A DNA stretch of 31,840 bases from a virus (IMGVR_UViG_3300037440_000387:1-31840); one strand, 5' to 3'; shown: positions 16,541-24,840, counted from the stretch's first letter. Notes: a model not told the origin generated them from the sequence alone. Translations and numbers: made by a program.

Positions 16541-16739
16541 GACGCATCCCCCATCACCGGACGGACAATCATCGCCGCGACGGTCAGTCCCCACCTTCTC
16601 GACTGGCCGCACTTGCCGCAGCCGAAGATCTGCTCGTAGCTTCTGCCTCGTTGCATCGTCTCGCACCTCCGCTCTACAGCAAATCGGTGTTGGGTTGGCT
16701 TGCACAGGTGTCGCAGAACAGGACCGGGTACAGGCTCAT
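16534..16739 (-). pseudogene. Frameshifted zinc-ribbon gene
   Basis: MSLYPVLFCDTC stops after 21 codons, while another frame continues KPTQHRF...FGCGKCGQSRRWG. The 206-nt span is one base short of an intact ORF. Confidence 0.5.
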
Positions 16740-17281
16740 GACGTCACCCTCTCTCGCTTCCACTCACGTTGGTACTTGAGGCATGCTTCGCACGATCGGC
16801 GTCCGGGTACGGTCGGACTGCCGCAGGCGATGCAGAGCCCTTCCCTCCTGCGCTCACCTTGTTTACGAGCGAGACTCTCCCTCCCGCAGGTTCGGCACCG
16901 TCGTCCTTTCCGGTCCCGGTACGTATTCTCTGACGTGAACTCGTGCCCGCGTTTGCAGTGCGCCTTCCGGGCGTTCGCTGCCGTTGGCCCCAGCCCCCGC
17001 AGCACGTTCTCCTGGTTTGTCACCGGCTCGATGTGGGCCGGGTTCACGCAGCAGCGAACCCGGCAGAGGTGGTCAGTGACCAATCCATCCAGGATCTCGC
17101 CAACGAGTACCTCGTAGACGAGTCGATGGGCTATTCGTGTCCGTCCGCCGACGCCGAACTGGCCATAGCCTTTCGGGGTCGTATACGCCGTCCAGAGCCA
17201 ACACCCAGTCACGGGATCGGGGCTAACCTTGTTCCAGAAACGCCTCGGAAGGCGATCGTCTCCGAACATCGAGAGGCTCAT
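16736..17281 (-). CDS. HNH endonuclease (HNH_3 type)
   Basis: ATG 17281; RFWNKV...GCWLWT...GYG...AHRLVYE...DHLCRVRCCVNPAHIEPVT. Confidence 0.9.
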   Translation of the reverse strand: MSLSMFGDDRLPRRFWNKVSPDPVTGCWLWTAYTTPKGYGQFGVGGRTRIAHRLVYEVLVGEILDGLVTDHLCRVRCCVNPAHIEPVTNQENVLRGLGPTAANARKAHCKRGHEFTSENTYRDRKGRRCRTCGRESLARKQGERRREGLCIACGSPTVPGRRSCEACLKYQREWKRERVTS

Positions 17282-17520
17282 GACGTCATCTCCTCCTCGC
17301 TCTCCTTCACCGCCTCGATCCGCGCCGGGGGCAACACCCCGAACAGCTGATGACGGAGAATCCACTCGCGGTACCGGAGATGCTTCATTCGGTCCCGGTT
17401 GGCCCAGCTCGGTTTCGCCTCGTACCCGGTCGCCGCGCTGGCTCGGATGCGGACCTCGAGTTGCTCGATGGCGCGCAGTAGTCGGCGGAGTCTCCAGCGT
17501 CGGATGGCTCGGCGGATCAA
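17278..17520 (-). CDS. Hypothetical basic protein
   Basis: TTG 17520 in a TTGA overlap; ends VLPPARI...EMTS. Confidence 0.5.
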   Translation of the reverse strand: MIRRAIRRWRLRRLLRAIEQLEVRIRASAATGYEAKPSWANRDRMKHLRYREWILRHQLFGVLPPARIEAVKESEEEMTS

Positions 17521-17738
17521 GGCGTCACCAGCCCTTTCCGGATCGCGTACCGAGTCAGGTTCGCGGCCCCGCTGATTTGCAGGTGCCGGGCGAGGTTCCT
17601 CCGGTGCGCGTCCACGGTCTTGAAGGCGATACCGAGCTGCTCGGCGATCTGCTTGTACGTCAGCCCTTGCGCCGTCAACGTGAGCACCTCGATCTCGCGC
17701 GGGGTCAGGATGGTGATCGGCCAGTCTTCGTCGCGCAT
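17517..17738 (-). CDS. Stand-alone LuxR/GerE-type HTH regulator
   Basis: LTPREIEVL...GLTYKQIAEQLGIAFKTVDAHRRNL...LTRYAIRKGL. Confidence 0.9.
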   Translation of the reverse strand: MRDEDWPITILTPREIEVLTLTAQGLTYKQIAEQLGIAFKTVDAHRRNLARHLQISGAANLTRYAIRKGLVTP

Positions 17739-17947
17739 CAGTCACCCTCCTTCGCGAAGTCGGCGCAGTACTCCTCGATGAGCTCCTCGATATTGGTGCC
17801 CAGCTGGATCACTTGCGCGACCGTCATCGAGGACGGGCCGAAGCTCACGAGCAGATCGTGGAGGTAGATGTCGAAGCCGTAGGGCAACTCCCATCGCCTC
17901 TTTTCCTCGCTGCCTGCGACCGTGAACTCGTAGCTGATAGCGGACAT
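17738..17947 (-). CDS. Hypothetical acidic protein
   Basis: 69 aa, good SD, coupled to neighbours. Confidence 0.55.
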   Translation of the reverse strand: MSAISYEFTVAGSEEKRRWELPYGFDIYLHDLLVSFGPSSMTVAQVIQLGTNIEELIEEYCADFAKEGD

Positions 17948-19009
17948 CTACCCCTCCTCCCCGTACGTGATGCGCGGCCCACGCTGAAAATCGAAACTCG
18001 GCACGTCCGCGAGCCTGGACTCGGCGTGCTCCGGGCCCGTGACCGTCTCCAGATCGCCGTGCTTCCGGCGCAGGATCACGAGGTCGATCCGGGCGAACTT
18101 GAGGGCGAGGCGGGTCTTGACGTGGGCGGCCTCCTCGGCGGCGAGCCTCCCCGCATAGAGCTCCGTGTCCAGCTTCGCCGACTGCCACTCGGCGCGTAGC
18201 ATCGCCCGCTCATCCCTCAGCCCCTGCGCCTCCTGCTCCAGCGTCTTGACCAGGCACCGGAGCCGCTCGAGCTCGGTGACTTCGGCTTCGGGGTCGGACC
18301 TGGCGATAGCGAGTTCGAACAGCTCACAGTTGCGATGCGGGCACTCGACGAGTCCGCCAGCCATCTGCCACACGTCCGAGCCGCACCCGCTGCACTTCGG
18401 CTTGAGCCCCGGCCGCACCCGGTCCAACTCGTCGCAGGCCAGTAGCTCGCGGTTCAGCTTCTCGATCGCGGCGCCCTTGTTCGGTGCCTCGAACCAGCTG
18501 TTCGCCGTTGCCTCGAAACCGCAGCCGCACGCGATCCGCCCCGGGTAGACGTTCGCTTTCAGCACGCTCTCGCCACACTGCGGACACGGCCACGCCGGCT
18601 TCGTCGGGCACTCGCACTGCTCGCAGAAGGGCACGCTCATCTTCGTTCCCCGGATCCGGCGCCGTACCATCTCCCCGCCGCAATCGGAGCACGCTTGCTC
18701 CGGCTTCACCCGCGCCTCCGCGATCTCGAGGTTGCGCTGGTCGATGGCGGTGATGGCCTCGGATCCGGACCGCTCGCCGAGGTACTTGCGCCTCCACTCC
18801 GGCGTGTCGGTGTGGAGCGGCCTCGGCAGCACCTTCCACGGCCCCATGGTGAGCGCGTACCTATCCGGCTCCGGGCTCGGCTCGGGGTCGTGCTCGACGC
18901 GGCCGGCGGTGGTGTAGGAGCACTCGAAGCAGTCCTCCCCGGCCGGCGACAGTCGCAGCATCCAGCACCCGCACGACGGGCACTCGCGGTTGTATCTGGT
19001 CTCGCTCAT
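17948..19009 (-). CDS. Multi-zinc-ribbon coiled-coil protein
   Basis: ATG 19009; eight Cys pairs followed by a coiled coil. Confidence 0.65.
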   Translation of the reverse strand: MSETRYNRECPSCGCWMLRLSPAGEDCFECSYTTAGRVEHDPEPSPEPDRYALTMGPWKVLPRPLHTDTPEWRRKYLGERSGSEAITAIDQRNLEIAEARVKPEQACSDCGGEMVRRRIRGTKMSVPFCEQCECPTKPAWPCPQCGESVLKANVYPGRIACGCGFEATANSWFEAPNKGAAIEKLNRELLACDELDRVRPGLKPKCSGCGSDVWQMAGGLVECPHRNCELFELAIARSDPEAEVTELERLRCLVKTLEQEAQGLRDERAMLRAEWQSAKLDTELYAGRLAAEEAAHVKTRLALKFARIDLVILRRKHGDLETVTGPEHAESRLADVPSFDFQRGPRITYGEEG

Positions 19010-19224
19010 GTCTTGGTCCCTCCCTCTGCCTCGTTGGTGGTCTCGGTTACTCGCTCGCCCCGCCACGAGCCGGGCATCGAAATCGGCTCGCCCTCGGTCC
19101 CGTCATCGAGCACGCACCGGCACAGGGTCCACGTGCCGTGCTTGTTCTGCGCCATGACCCGGACTGTGACGGGGATGGTGGCCAGGCGGAGGTGGGTGCC
19201 GGGCTGGGCTTCGGATAGGGTCAT
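19006..19224 (-). CDS. Hypothetical protein
   Basis: 72 aa, ATGA overlaps at both ends. Confidence 0.55.
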   Translation of the reverse strand: MTLSEAQPGTHLRLATIPVTVRVMAQNKHGTWTLCRCVLDDGTEGEPISMPGSWRGERVTETTNEAEGGTKT

Positions 19225-19676
19225 CGGTTTGCCTCCGCCCAGGACTTGCGCGCCTTCAGGATCGCGACGGCGAGCCGCAGCGACATCGGTTCGTTGCCCT
19301 GGCCCGAGTTACACTCCTCGCACTCGGCGATCAAATTCTCGTCGTCGTTGAGCAGGCTCTCGTCGAGGCCGACACGGAGCCCGACATCGACGCTCACGAT
19401 GTGACCCACCTGGAGATGCTCTCGGGCGTGGCACTTCTCGCACGCGCCGCCGGCTCGGTTGATGATCCGGGTCCGCTGCTTGGGCTTCACACCGTTGTGG
19501 ACCGTGGTGACGGAGCGCGTCTTTTCGCCGGTCTCGGTCTTGGGCGCGTTGTACTGGGCACGGTTGCAGACGGCGCACCGAACGACGTTCTGGCCGTTGA
19601 CCGGAACCAGTCGGCCGGTGTCGGTGTCGCAGCCGAACTTGCACGGCTGGCGCATCTGGTAGAGCTCGGGCTCCAT
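19221..19676 (-). CDS. HNH endonuclease (McrA-like core) with an N-terminal Zn ribbon
   Basis: CEKC...LQVGHI...ENLIAECEECNSGQ. Confidence 0.75.
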   Translation of the reverse strand: MEPELYQMRQPCKFGCDTDTGRLVPVNGQNVVRCAVCNRAQYNAPKTETGEKTRSVTTVHNGVKPKQRTRIINRAGGACEKCHAREHLQVGHIVSVDVGLRVGLDESLLNDDENLIAECEECNSGQGNEPMSLRLAVAILKARKSWAEANR

Positions 19677-20686
19677 CAGCGGGACCCCTTTGCCTTGGCC
19701 TTCGTCTTCGCGTAACGACTAGCCCACCACGGGCGATCGGTGACCTGCTCAAACTTGTCGTCGTTCCAGTTGAACTTCCCGAGCAGGTACTCGCTCTCGT
19801 ACTGGAGCCGGTGAAGGTTGAAGTCCACGAGCGCCCCGTAGCCCTGCACCCCGTTCCATCGGTCCTTCTCGACCCGGATGTACGTGGGCGCCATGCCGGG
19901 GGTTGCCGACTCAAGGTTGCGAGCCGGGGCCAAGGTGATAGCCCGGGTCGCGATCTTCCCGAGGTCGCTCGAGCCGTGGAAGTCGTCGAGCGACGGGATG
20001 ATCGCCTTGCTCCTGTCGCCGGACCCGCGCTTGCGCAGGTGAGCGATCGCGATCACTGGGATGCCGGTCACCAGAGCGCAGTCGCGGAGCGCCTTCGCCA
20101 CGTCTTTCAGCGCCCGGTTGTCGTTGTGGTCCCTCGAGTCAACGTAATGGCAGTGATCGAAGACGATCAGGTTTGCCCACGACTGCACCGCCAGAAACTC
20201 GCGCGTGATATCGGCCGCGGTGAACTCGGCACCACGGTAGAAGGTGCGGATTCCCTCGCAGCGCCCGGAGACGATCTCCATCGCTTCGAAGTCGAGATCG
20301 TGGATCGTCTTCGGGGCCATCCCGTGGGCCCAGTCGGCGAAGGAGAACTGAGCGCGGCCCTTGACGTCGCGATCCCACGCCAGTTTTGTCACCTCGCGGT
20401 AGACCATCCGTTGCTCGATCTCGGACAGGTGCGCCTCGAGGGCGAAGTGGGCGACCTGCTTGCCGATGGACGCCGCGTGCTGAGCCATGAGCACCCCGAT
20501 GGTGGTCTTGCCGGCGCCGGAGCTCGCCCCCACTAGAGCCAGGTCACTCGGCATGATCCCGCGCAGCTGGTCGTCGAGGTACTGGATCCCCCACGGGATC
20601 ACCTTGTCGCTGGACTCGCGGCGGCGCTTGGCCAGCTCCACGAGGCGATCGCGAGCGGGGACGGGTCCGCTTCCGAAGTCGAACAC
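19676..20686 (-). CDS. DnaB-like SF4 replicative helicase (motor domain only)
   Basis: GTG 20686; GIQYLD, Walker A GASSGAGKT, FALE, IVFDH, IAHLRK, GSSDL, KDR. Confidence 0.85.
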   Translation of the reverse strand: MFDFGSGPVPARDRLVELAKRRRESSDKVIPWGIQYLDDQLRGIMPSDLALVGASSGAGKTTIGVLMAQHAASIGKQVAHFALEAHLSEIEQRMVYREVTKLAWDRDVKGRAQFSFADWAHGMAPKTIHDLDFEAMEIVSGRCEGIRTFYRGAEFTAADITREFLAVQSWANLIVFDHCHYVDSRDHNDNRALKDVAKALRDCALVTGIPVIAIAHLRKRGSGDRSKAIIPSLDDFHGSSDLGKIATRAITLAPARNLESATPGMAPTYIRVEKDRWNGVQGYGALVDFNLHRLQYESEYLLGKFNWNDDKFEQVTDRPWWASRYAKTKAKAKGSR

Positions 20687-21564
20687 TACGCAGCCTCCTT
20701 GCTGTCTTTGAGCTCGGGGAAGACCTCGAGCAGCGCGTCCTTCACCTTGCGGTAGTCGCGCGTGTGCCACCGAATCCACTGGGCAACCCCGGGTCCGCCC
20801 TTGTCCGAACTGCCGATCTTTCCCTGGGCGTCGATGAAGCAGCTGGTGCTCTTGCCGTCCACCCAGATGTTCGTCTTGCCGTTCCGCTGCGGCCTCAACT
20901 CGTACTGCTCGCCGCCGACCGACCAATGACCGCTCAACCTCGGCAGCGCCTCACGGGCATCGAGGTCGAACGCTCGCTCCCATAGGCTCGCCTTGTCGGA
21001 CGGGAACACCACGGTCGGAGTTGTCGCCGGGGCCTGCGCCTTGTCGCGCGCCCCGAGCTCCTCGGACGAGGGCGGGAACGCGAGCGCCATCGATGCCTCG
21101 TTGTACGCCGCCGCGATCGGACCCCAGACGCGCCGGACCGGGAACGGGTTGGCCGGGTCCTTTTGGTGCAGGAAACCGGGGACGCGCATCACCCGCGCCA
21201 GGTCCCGCGCGTTGCGGTCGCCGTCGAAGAACTCGACCAGCCTCGAGGCGACGGCGCGGTAGTTCTCGGCCTTAGCATCGCGGGCGTACCAGTAGGCGTG
21301 AAACCCCTGCTTGGTCTCGACGATACTCGAGGGCTTGAGAGGGGACCTGTGCAGCCGCTCGATCTGGGACTCCTTCGAGCCGCGGTCGATGTCCACCGCC
21401 CAGGCGCGGATCCGGACCAGGTTCTCGATGCGGCGGGGTCCGTCGAAGGCTTGGACGGTGCCGAAGATCCCGAAGCCCTCGCGGTTGTACTTCCCGAGCT
21501 CGGCGGCGGGGGTCGCGTGCATCCCGCAAGGCTCGGCATCGTGGAGCCGGTAGAACTGGCTCAT
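20686..21564 (-). CDS. RepB'-type DNA primase (AEP superfamily)
   Basis: AVDID, PSSIVETKQGFHAYW, DLARVMRVPGFLHQK. Confidence 0.8.
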   Translation of the reverse strand: MSQFYRLHDAEPCGMHATPAAELGKYNREGFGIFGTVQAFDGPRRIENLVRIRAWAVDIDRGSKESQIERLHRSPLKPSSIVETKQGFHAYWYARDAKAENYRAVASRLVEFFDGDRNARDLARVMRVPGFLHQKDPANPFPVRRVWGPIAAAYNEASMALAFPPSSEELGARDKAQAPATTPTVVFPSDKASLWERAFDLDAREALPRLSGHWSVGGEQYELRPQRNGKTNIWVDGKSTSCFIDAQGKIGSSDKGGPGVAQWIRWHTRDYRKVKDALLEVFPELKDSKEAA

Positions 21565-22316
21565 GGCCGGCCCCCGCGCAGTGCCCGGAGCAGGTCTTGC
21601 TGCCCATCCCCGGTCTTGACCAGGCGATCCCAGTTCGAGGACAGGGTGCCGATCGTGTACGGGGGCTTGAGCCAGTCGGGCGGATCCTCGAAGAGGATCC
21701 GCGCCTTCCTCTCGACCGTCTCGAAGCCGCGGCCGGCGAGGGTGTTGGCCAGGGTCCGCTCCTTCCCGCTCCAGGCGGGCGGCTCCCCGTAGGCGTTGCG
21801 GTACAGCGCCGTCCAGAGGTCCATCACCCGGCGCCGATCCGGGTGGGTCTTTGGCTTGCGTTTTTGGCCCGCCCCCTCTGTTGTTTCTTTGTTCCCTTGT
21901 TCTGATCGGGTTAGGCGTGGGTTAGCGGTGGGTTGGTCGTGGGTTAGCGGTGGGTTAGCTGCTGGGTTGGCTTCGTCCGACCGATCCTGATAAGTGTCGT
22001 AATTGACAATCGTTATCAGAGAGAAACCGTGGGTTAGATCGCGGGTTAGAAATCCGCCGGTCACCAAAAGTCGAATGGCCGTTCGGCAAACCTGCCTTCC
22101 GACGCCGGCCCGCTTGGCGAGCTTGCGTTCGGCGACAAGGCAGGACCCGCGGGGGATCTCGATCATCTCGCCACCGCGCATGATCTTGGTCGGCTTCCAG
22201 TTGGCCTCGAGAAGCAGCTGGAGGGCGACCTTGGTGTGGTCATTGTTTTCGAGCTTCCACACCCACGAGTCGAGGATCTTCCGGTGCAGGACGATGAACC
22301 CGCCGCGATCAGCCAT
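21561..22316 (-). CDS. Phage replication initiator protein
   Basis: GFIVLHRKILDS...LLLEANW...IPRGS...LITIVNYDTYQ, with an iteron-encoded linker. Confidence 0.8.
   Translation of the reverse strand: MADRGGFIVLHRKILDSWVWKLENNDHTKVALQLLLEANWKPTKIMRGGEMIEIPRGSCLVAERKLAKRAGVGRQVCRTAIRLLVTGGFLTRDLTHGFSLITIVNYDTYQDRSDEANPAANPPLTHDQPTANPRLTRSEQGNKETTEGAGQKRKPKTHPDRRRVMDLWTALYRNAYGEPPAWSGKERTLANTLAGRGFETVERKARILFEDPPDWLKPPYTIGTLSSNWDRLVKTGDGQQDLLRALRGGRP
21908..22049. repeat. Origin iterons GGGTT(A/G)G inside the initiator gene
   Basis: Copies at 21908, 21919, 21930, 21941, 21952, 21964, 22031 and 22043, with AT-rich tracts alongside. Confidence 0.75.
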
Positions 22317-22355
22317 GTCACCGCACCCTCCAAATCAGCCCGGCATCGGCACCCA

Positions 22356-23066
22356 TCACCCCACCTCCATCCCAGGCAGCACCGGCGTATGTCCCCGCTC
22401 CAGCCGCGCCTTCCCCTTCGCGTACGTCTCCGGGTCCACCTCGGCCCCGATCGAGCGCCTGCCCTCGATGGCGGCGGCCAGTAGGGTCGTGGCGGCACCG
22501 GCGCAGGGGTCGCAGACGAGGTCTCCAGGGCGGGTGTAGTCGCGGATGAGGGCCTGCATGAGCCACCTGGGCTTGCCGCCGACGATCTCTCGGCCCGGCG
22601 CCCCGACGTAGGCGCCCGGAAGCGTTCCCCACCCAGCGAAGGCATTGCTCTTGGGGCGGGCTACGACGAGCCAGACGCACCAGGATGATGGCCCGTCCCC
22701 CTTTAAGCGACAGGTCATCCCGCGCATGACACACGGCACCGGAGCAAAGACGTACCTGCCCGCGGTCTCGAGACACGCGTGCCAGGAGGGGACCAGATCG
22801 TGCGAGGTCATCGCGCAAAACCAGCCGCGGCACCGGGGGACCCATGACGCGACGTACCTCGCTACGTCGCTTTCCGCCCAGCAGGTGTACCCGAGCGGGC
22901 TGCGGTCGTAGACGTCTTCCTTGCTCTCCCTCCGACCGTCAACCATCGCCTGGTGCCCCGCATGGGTCCGCTCCCCATACGGCGGGTCGCAAATCACCGC
23001 ATCCACCTCGCCCACGTCGGCCAGCACCTCGCGGTAGTCGCCGAGCCGGAAGTCGATGCTGGTCAC
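22356..23066 (-). CDS. DNA N6-adenine/N4-cytosine methyltransferase (beta class)
   Basis: DPPY catalytic motif before KPRWL...PGDLVCDPCAGAATT (motif I). Confidence 0.88.
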   Translation of the reverse strand: MTSIDFRLGDYREVLADVGEVDAVICDPPYGERTHAGHQAMVDGRRESKEDVYDRSPLGYTCWAESDVARYVASWVPRCRGWFCAMTSHDLVPSWHACLETAGRYVFAPVPCVMRGMTCRLKGDGPSSWCVWLVVARPKSNAFAGWGTLPGAYVGAPGREIVGGKPRWLMQALIRDYTRPGDLVCDPCAGAATTLLAAAIEGRRSIGAEVDPETYAKGKARLERGHTPVLPGMEVG

Positions 23067-23095
23067 GCGCCGCCCCCTTGCTGTAGGCTGGCGGG

Positions 23096-23407
23096 ATGCG
23101 GTGGACGCGGAGGCGGCGGGACCTGGCGATCGTGGCGGGCCTGGCCGTGACCCTGGCCGCGCTCCTGCTCTGGATCGTGTTCCCGATCCAGTACTGCGGC
23201 AGGCGCGGCTCCTGCTACGAGGACCGGCTCACCTGCGAACAGGCCAGCCGCGGCGAGTGCTACGCGACGATGGCCTGGGGCCTGCGCTGCACCCGGGCCT
23301 ATGGGGCCGAGGAAGCCTACTGCTTCGACGAGGTGCGCGAGTGTGAAGCCCGGCGCGAGTTCATGCAGGCGAAGGGGCGAAAGGCCACGCCTTGCGAGCG
23401 TCCGTAG
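23096..23407 (+). CDS. Membrane-anchored Cys-rich protein, antisense to the middle operon
   Basis: Arg-rich N-terminus, one TM helix and eight Cys; fills the gap between two minus-strand genes. Confidence 0.65.
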   Translation: MRWTRRRRDLAIVAGLAVTLAALLLWIVFPIQYCGRRGSCYEDRLTCEQASRGECYATMAWGLRCTRAYGAEEAYCFDEVRECEARREFMQAKGRKATPCERP

Positions 23408-23409
23408 CC

Positions 23410-23784
23410 TCACCCCTCCACCCCCGCCCGCTCAAGCAGCAGCCGCCCGACGTCCCCCTGAGTGCGCAGAACGGCCTTGAGCGCCGCAAGGTCCTCCTCG
23501 GGGCTCCTCGCCGCTCTCTCGAAGCGGCCCCCGCTCAGACGCGCGAACCACTCGGCCACGCGCGGCGAGTGGACGGCGAAGTAGACCAGGTGGCGCCCCT
23601 TGAGGTGGCACCGGTCCCGGTCGGCGAGCATGTTGTCGAGGACGGTCCGGCTGACATCGAGGTCGTAGGCGACCTCCTTGCGGCCGATGCGGTCAGCCTC
23701 CTGCCTGACGATCCCCAGCAGCTCCGGCCACCGTTCCTCGCTGAGGTAGGGGAAGGGAAAAGCGAGGCGCACTTGCTCAGTCAT
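23410..23784 (-). CDS. CII-like HTH regulator
   Basis: ATG 23784; IGRKEVAYDLDVSRTVLDNML; directly downstream of the cro-like gene. Confidence 0.6.
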   Translation of the reverse strand: MTEQVRLAFPFPYLSEERWPELLGIVRQEADRIGRKEVAYDLDVSRTVLDNMLADRDRCHLKGRHLVYFAVHSPRVAEWFARLSGGRFERAARSPEEDLAALKAVLRTQGDVGRLLLERAGVEG

Positions 23785-23874
23785 TTCGGCCGCCTGTCTC
23801 TGCTTGTGATTCGCAAGCGGCGCTAGGCAGCTGCCGTTGCGTAGGGTGGATCCCCGATGCCAAGGAGCCCACAA

Positions 23875-24138
23875 TCAGCCCGCCTTCCGCTGCTCGGCGC
23901 GCTGCCATGCCGTCCACGAGCGAGCCGGCGGGCGGTAGAAGACGCCGGGATCTACGGCAGCAATGCACTCGATCTTGGCAATCGACTCCGGCCCCGGGCG
24001 AAACCTGCCAGTCTCCCACTGAGAGACAGCCGATGGCACCACCTTCACCAGGCCCGCGAAGTCGAGCTGGTTCAGCTCCTCCCCGAGGGCGCGGCCGATG
24101 TACCACCGCCAAAAGCGGACGAGAGCGGGGTAATCCAT
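23875..24138 (-). CDS. Cro-like XRE HTH protein
   Basis: LNQLDFAGLVKVVPSAVSQWETGRFRP; divergent from the repressor. Confidence 0.8.
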   Translation of the reverse strand: MDYPALVRFWRWYIGRALGEELNQLDFAGLVKVVPSAVSQWETGRFRPGPESIAKIECIAAVDPGVFYRPPARSWTAWQRAEQRKAG

Positions 24139-24148
24139 GCACTATGGA

Positions 24149-24163
24149 TTTAGTTCAACTGAA
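24149..24163. promoter_or_regulatory. Operator TTTAGTTCAACTGAA overlapping the cro promoter
   Basis: Imperfect palindrome, 13/15 identical to 24799-24813; lies between minus-strand TTGACT (24176-24171) and TAAATC (24152-24147). Confidence 0.7.
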
Positions 24164-24220
24164 CCGCCCAAGTCAAGGCGTTTGAGATCGACTAAAGCGG
24201 ACTTGAGCGATAATGCACAC

Positions 24221-24592
24221 ATGGCCAAACGCAAATCCAAGAGGCCCACTGGCCAATGGAAGGCGATGGACGCGGAGTGGAAGCAGCGTGTAAGGGACGC
24301 GCTCGACGAGATGGACTGGGAGCAGAAGGATCTCGCTGACGCGCTCGGGTGCTCCGGTGGCGCCATTACCAACCTGCTCAAGCCAAGCCAGCCGGGGAGC
24401 CGCCTCGTTGACGACATCTGCCGGATCCTGCACATCCCTCCGCCCGGCTTCGTTGACACCTACGAGGCCGAGATCTATGAAATGATGAAGGTTCTGCGTA
24501 GGGAGAATCCCCGGGCATGGGATAAATATGCCGAGGGCATTCGTCGTCATCTGGCGCACTTAAAGGACAACGAGAAACCAGACGGTGAATAG
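24221..24592 (+). CDS. CI-like immunity repressor (XRE HTH, no S24 peptidase domain)
   Basis: ATG 24221; WEQKDLADALGCSGGAITNLL; 123 aa. Confidence 0.8.
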   Translation: MAKRKSKRPTGQWKAMDAEWKQRVRDALDEMDWEQKDLADALGCSGGAITNLLKPSQPGSRLVDDICRILHIPPPGFVDTYEAEIYEMMKVLRRENPRAWDKYAEGIRRHLAHLKDNEKPDGE

Positions 24593-24630
24593 CCCTTGAT
24601 TCCTACCGTGGCAGTTGTGTAACTGAACGG

Positions 24631-24840
24631 ATGGGGATTGGCGACGGCACCGTAGGTGAGGGTGACGAGGATCGAGAGACCCTCGAGGGCCTTCGGGAGC
24701 TTGAGAAGCGCGACCCGGAGCTGGCCAGGGCGCTTATCCGCGCGATTTTGGCCGGGTCCTGGAGCGGTTTAGAAAAACTCTTGCAACGGATGCACGGATT
24801 CAGTACAACTGAATCCGATGACCAACGCGACACCGGCTGA
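24631..24840 (+). CDS. Possible hypothetical protein after the repressor
   Basis: 69 aa, helical; its 3' end runs across the downstream promoter/operator, so it is uncertain. Confidence 0.3.
   Translation: MGIGDGTVGEGDEDRETLEGLRELEKRDPELARALIRAILAGSWSGLEKLLQRMHGFSTTESDDQRDTG
24781..24817 (+). promoter_or_regulatory. Early promoter with operator
   Basis: TTGCAA-17 nt-TACAAC; perfect inverted repeat CGGATTCAGT-ACA-ACTGAATCCG (24795-24817) over the -10. Confidence 0.75.

Noticed and set aside
22356-23066. Restriction-modification system
   Set aside because: No adjacent cognate restriction enzyme; orphan methyltransferases are common in temperate phages.
23063-23413. Minus-strand 116-aa ORF as the real gene at this locus
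   Set aside because: The plus-strand ORF has a TM helix, patterned Cys and a -10 element, while the minus ORF has no features. It does overlap both neighbours by 4 nt, so it cannot be fully excluded.
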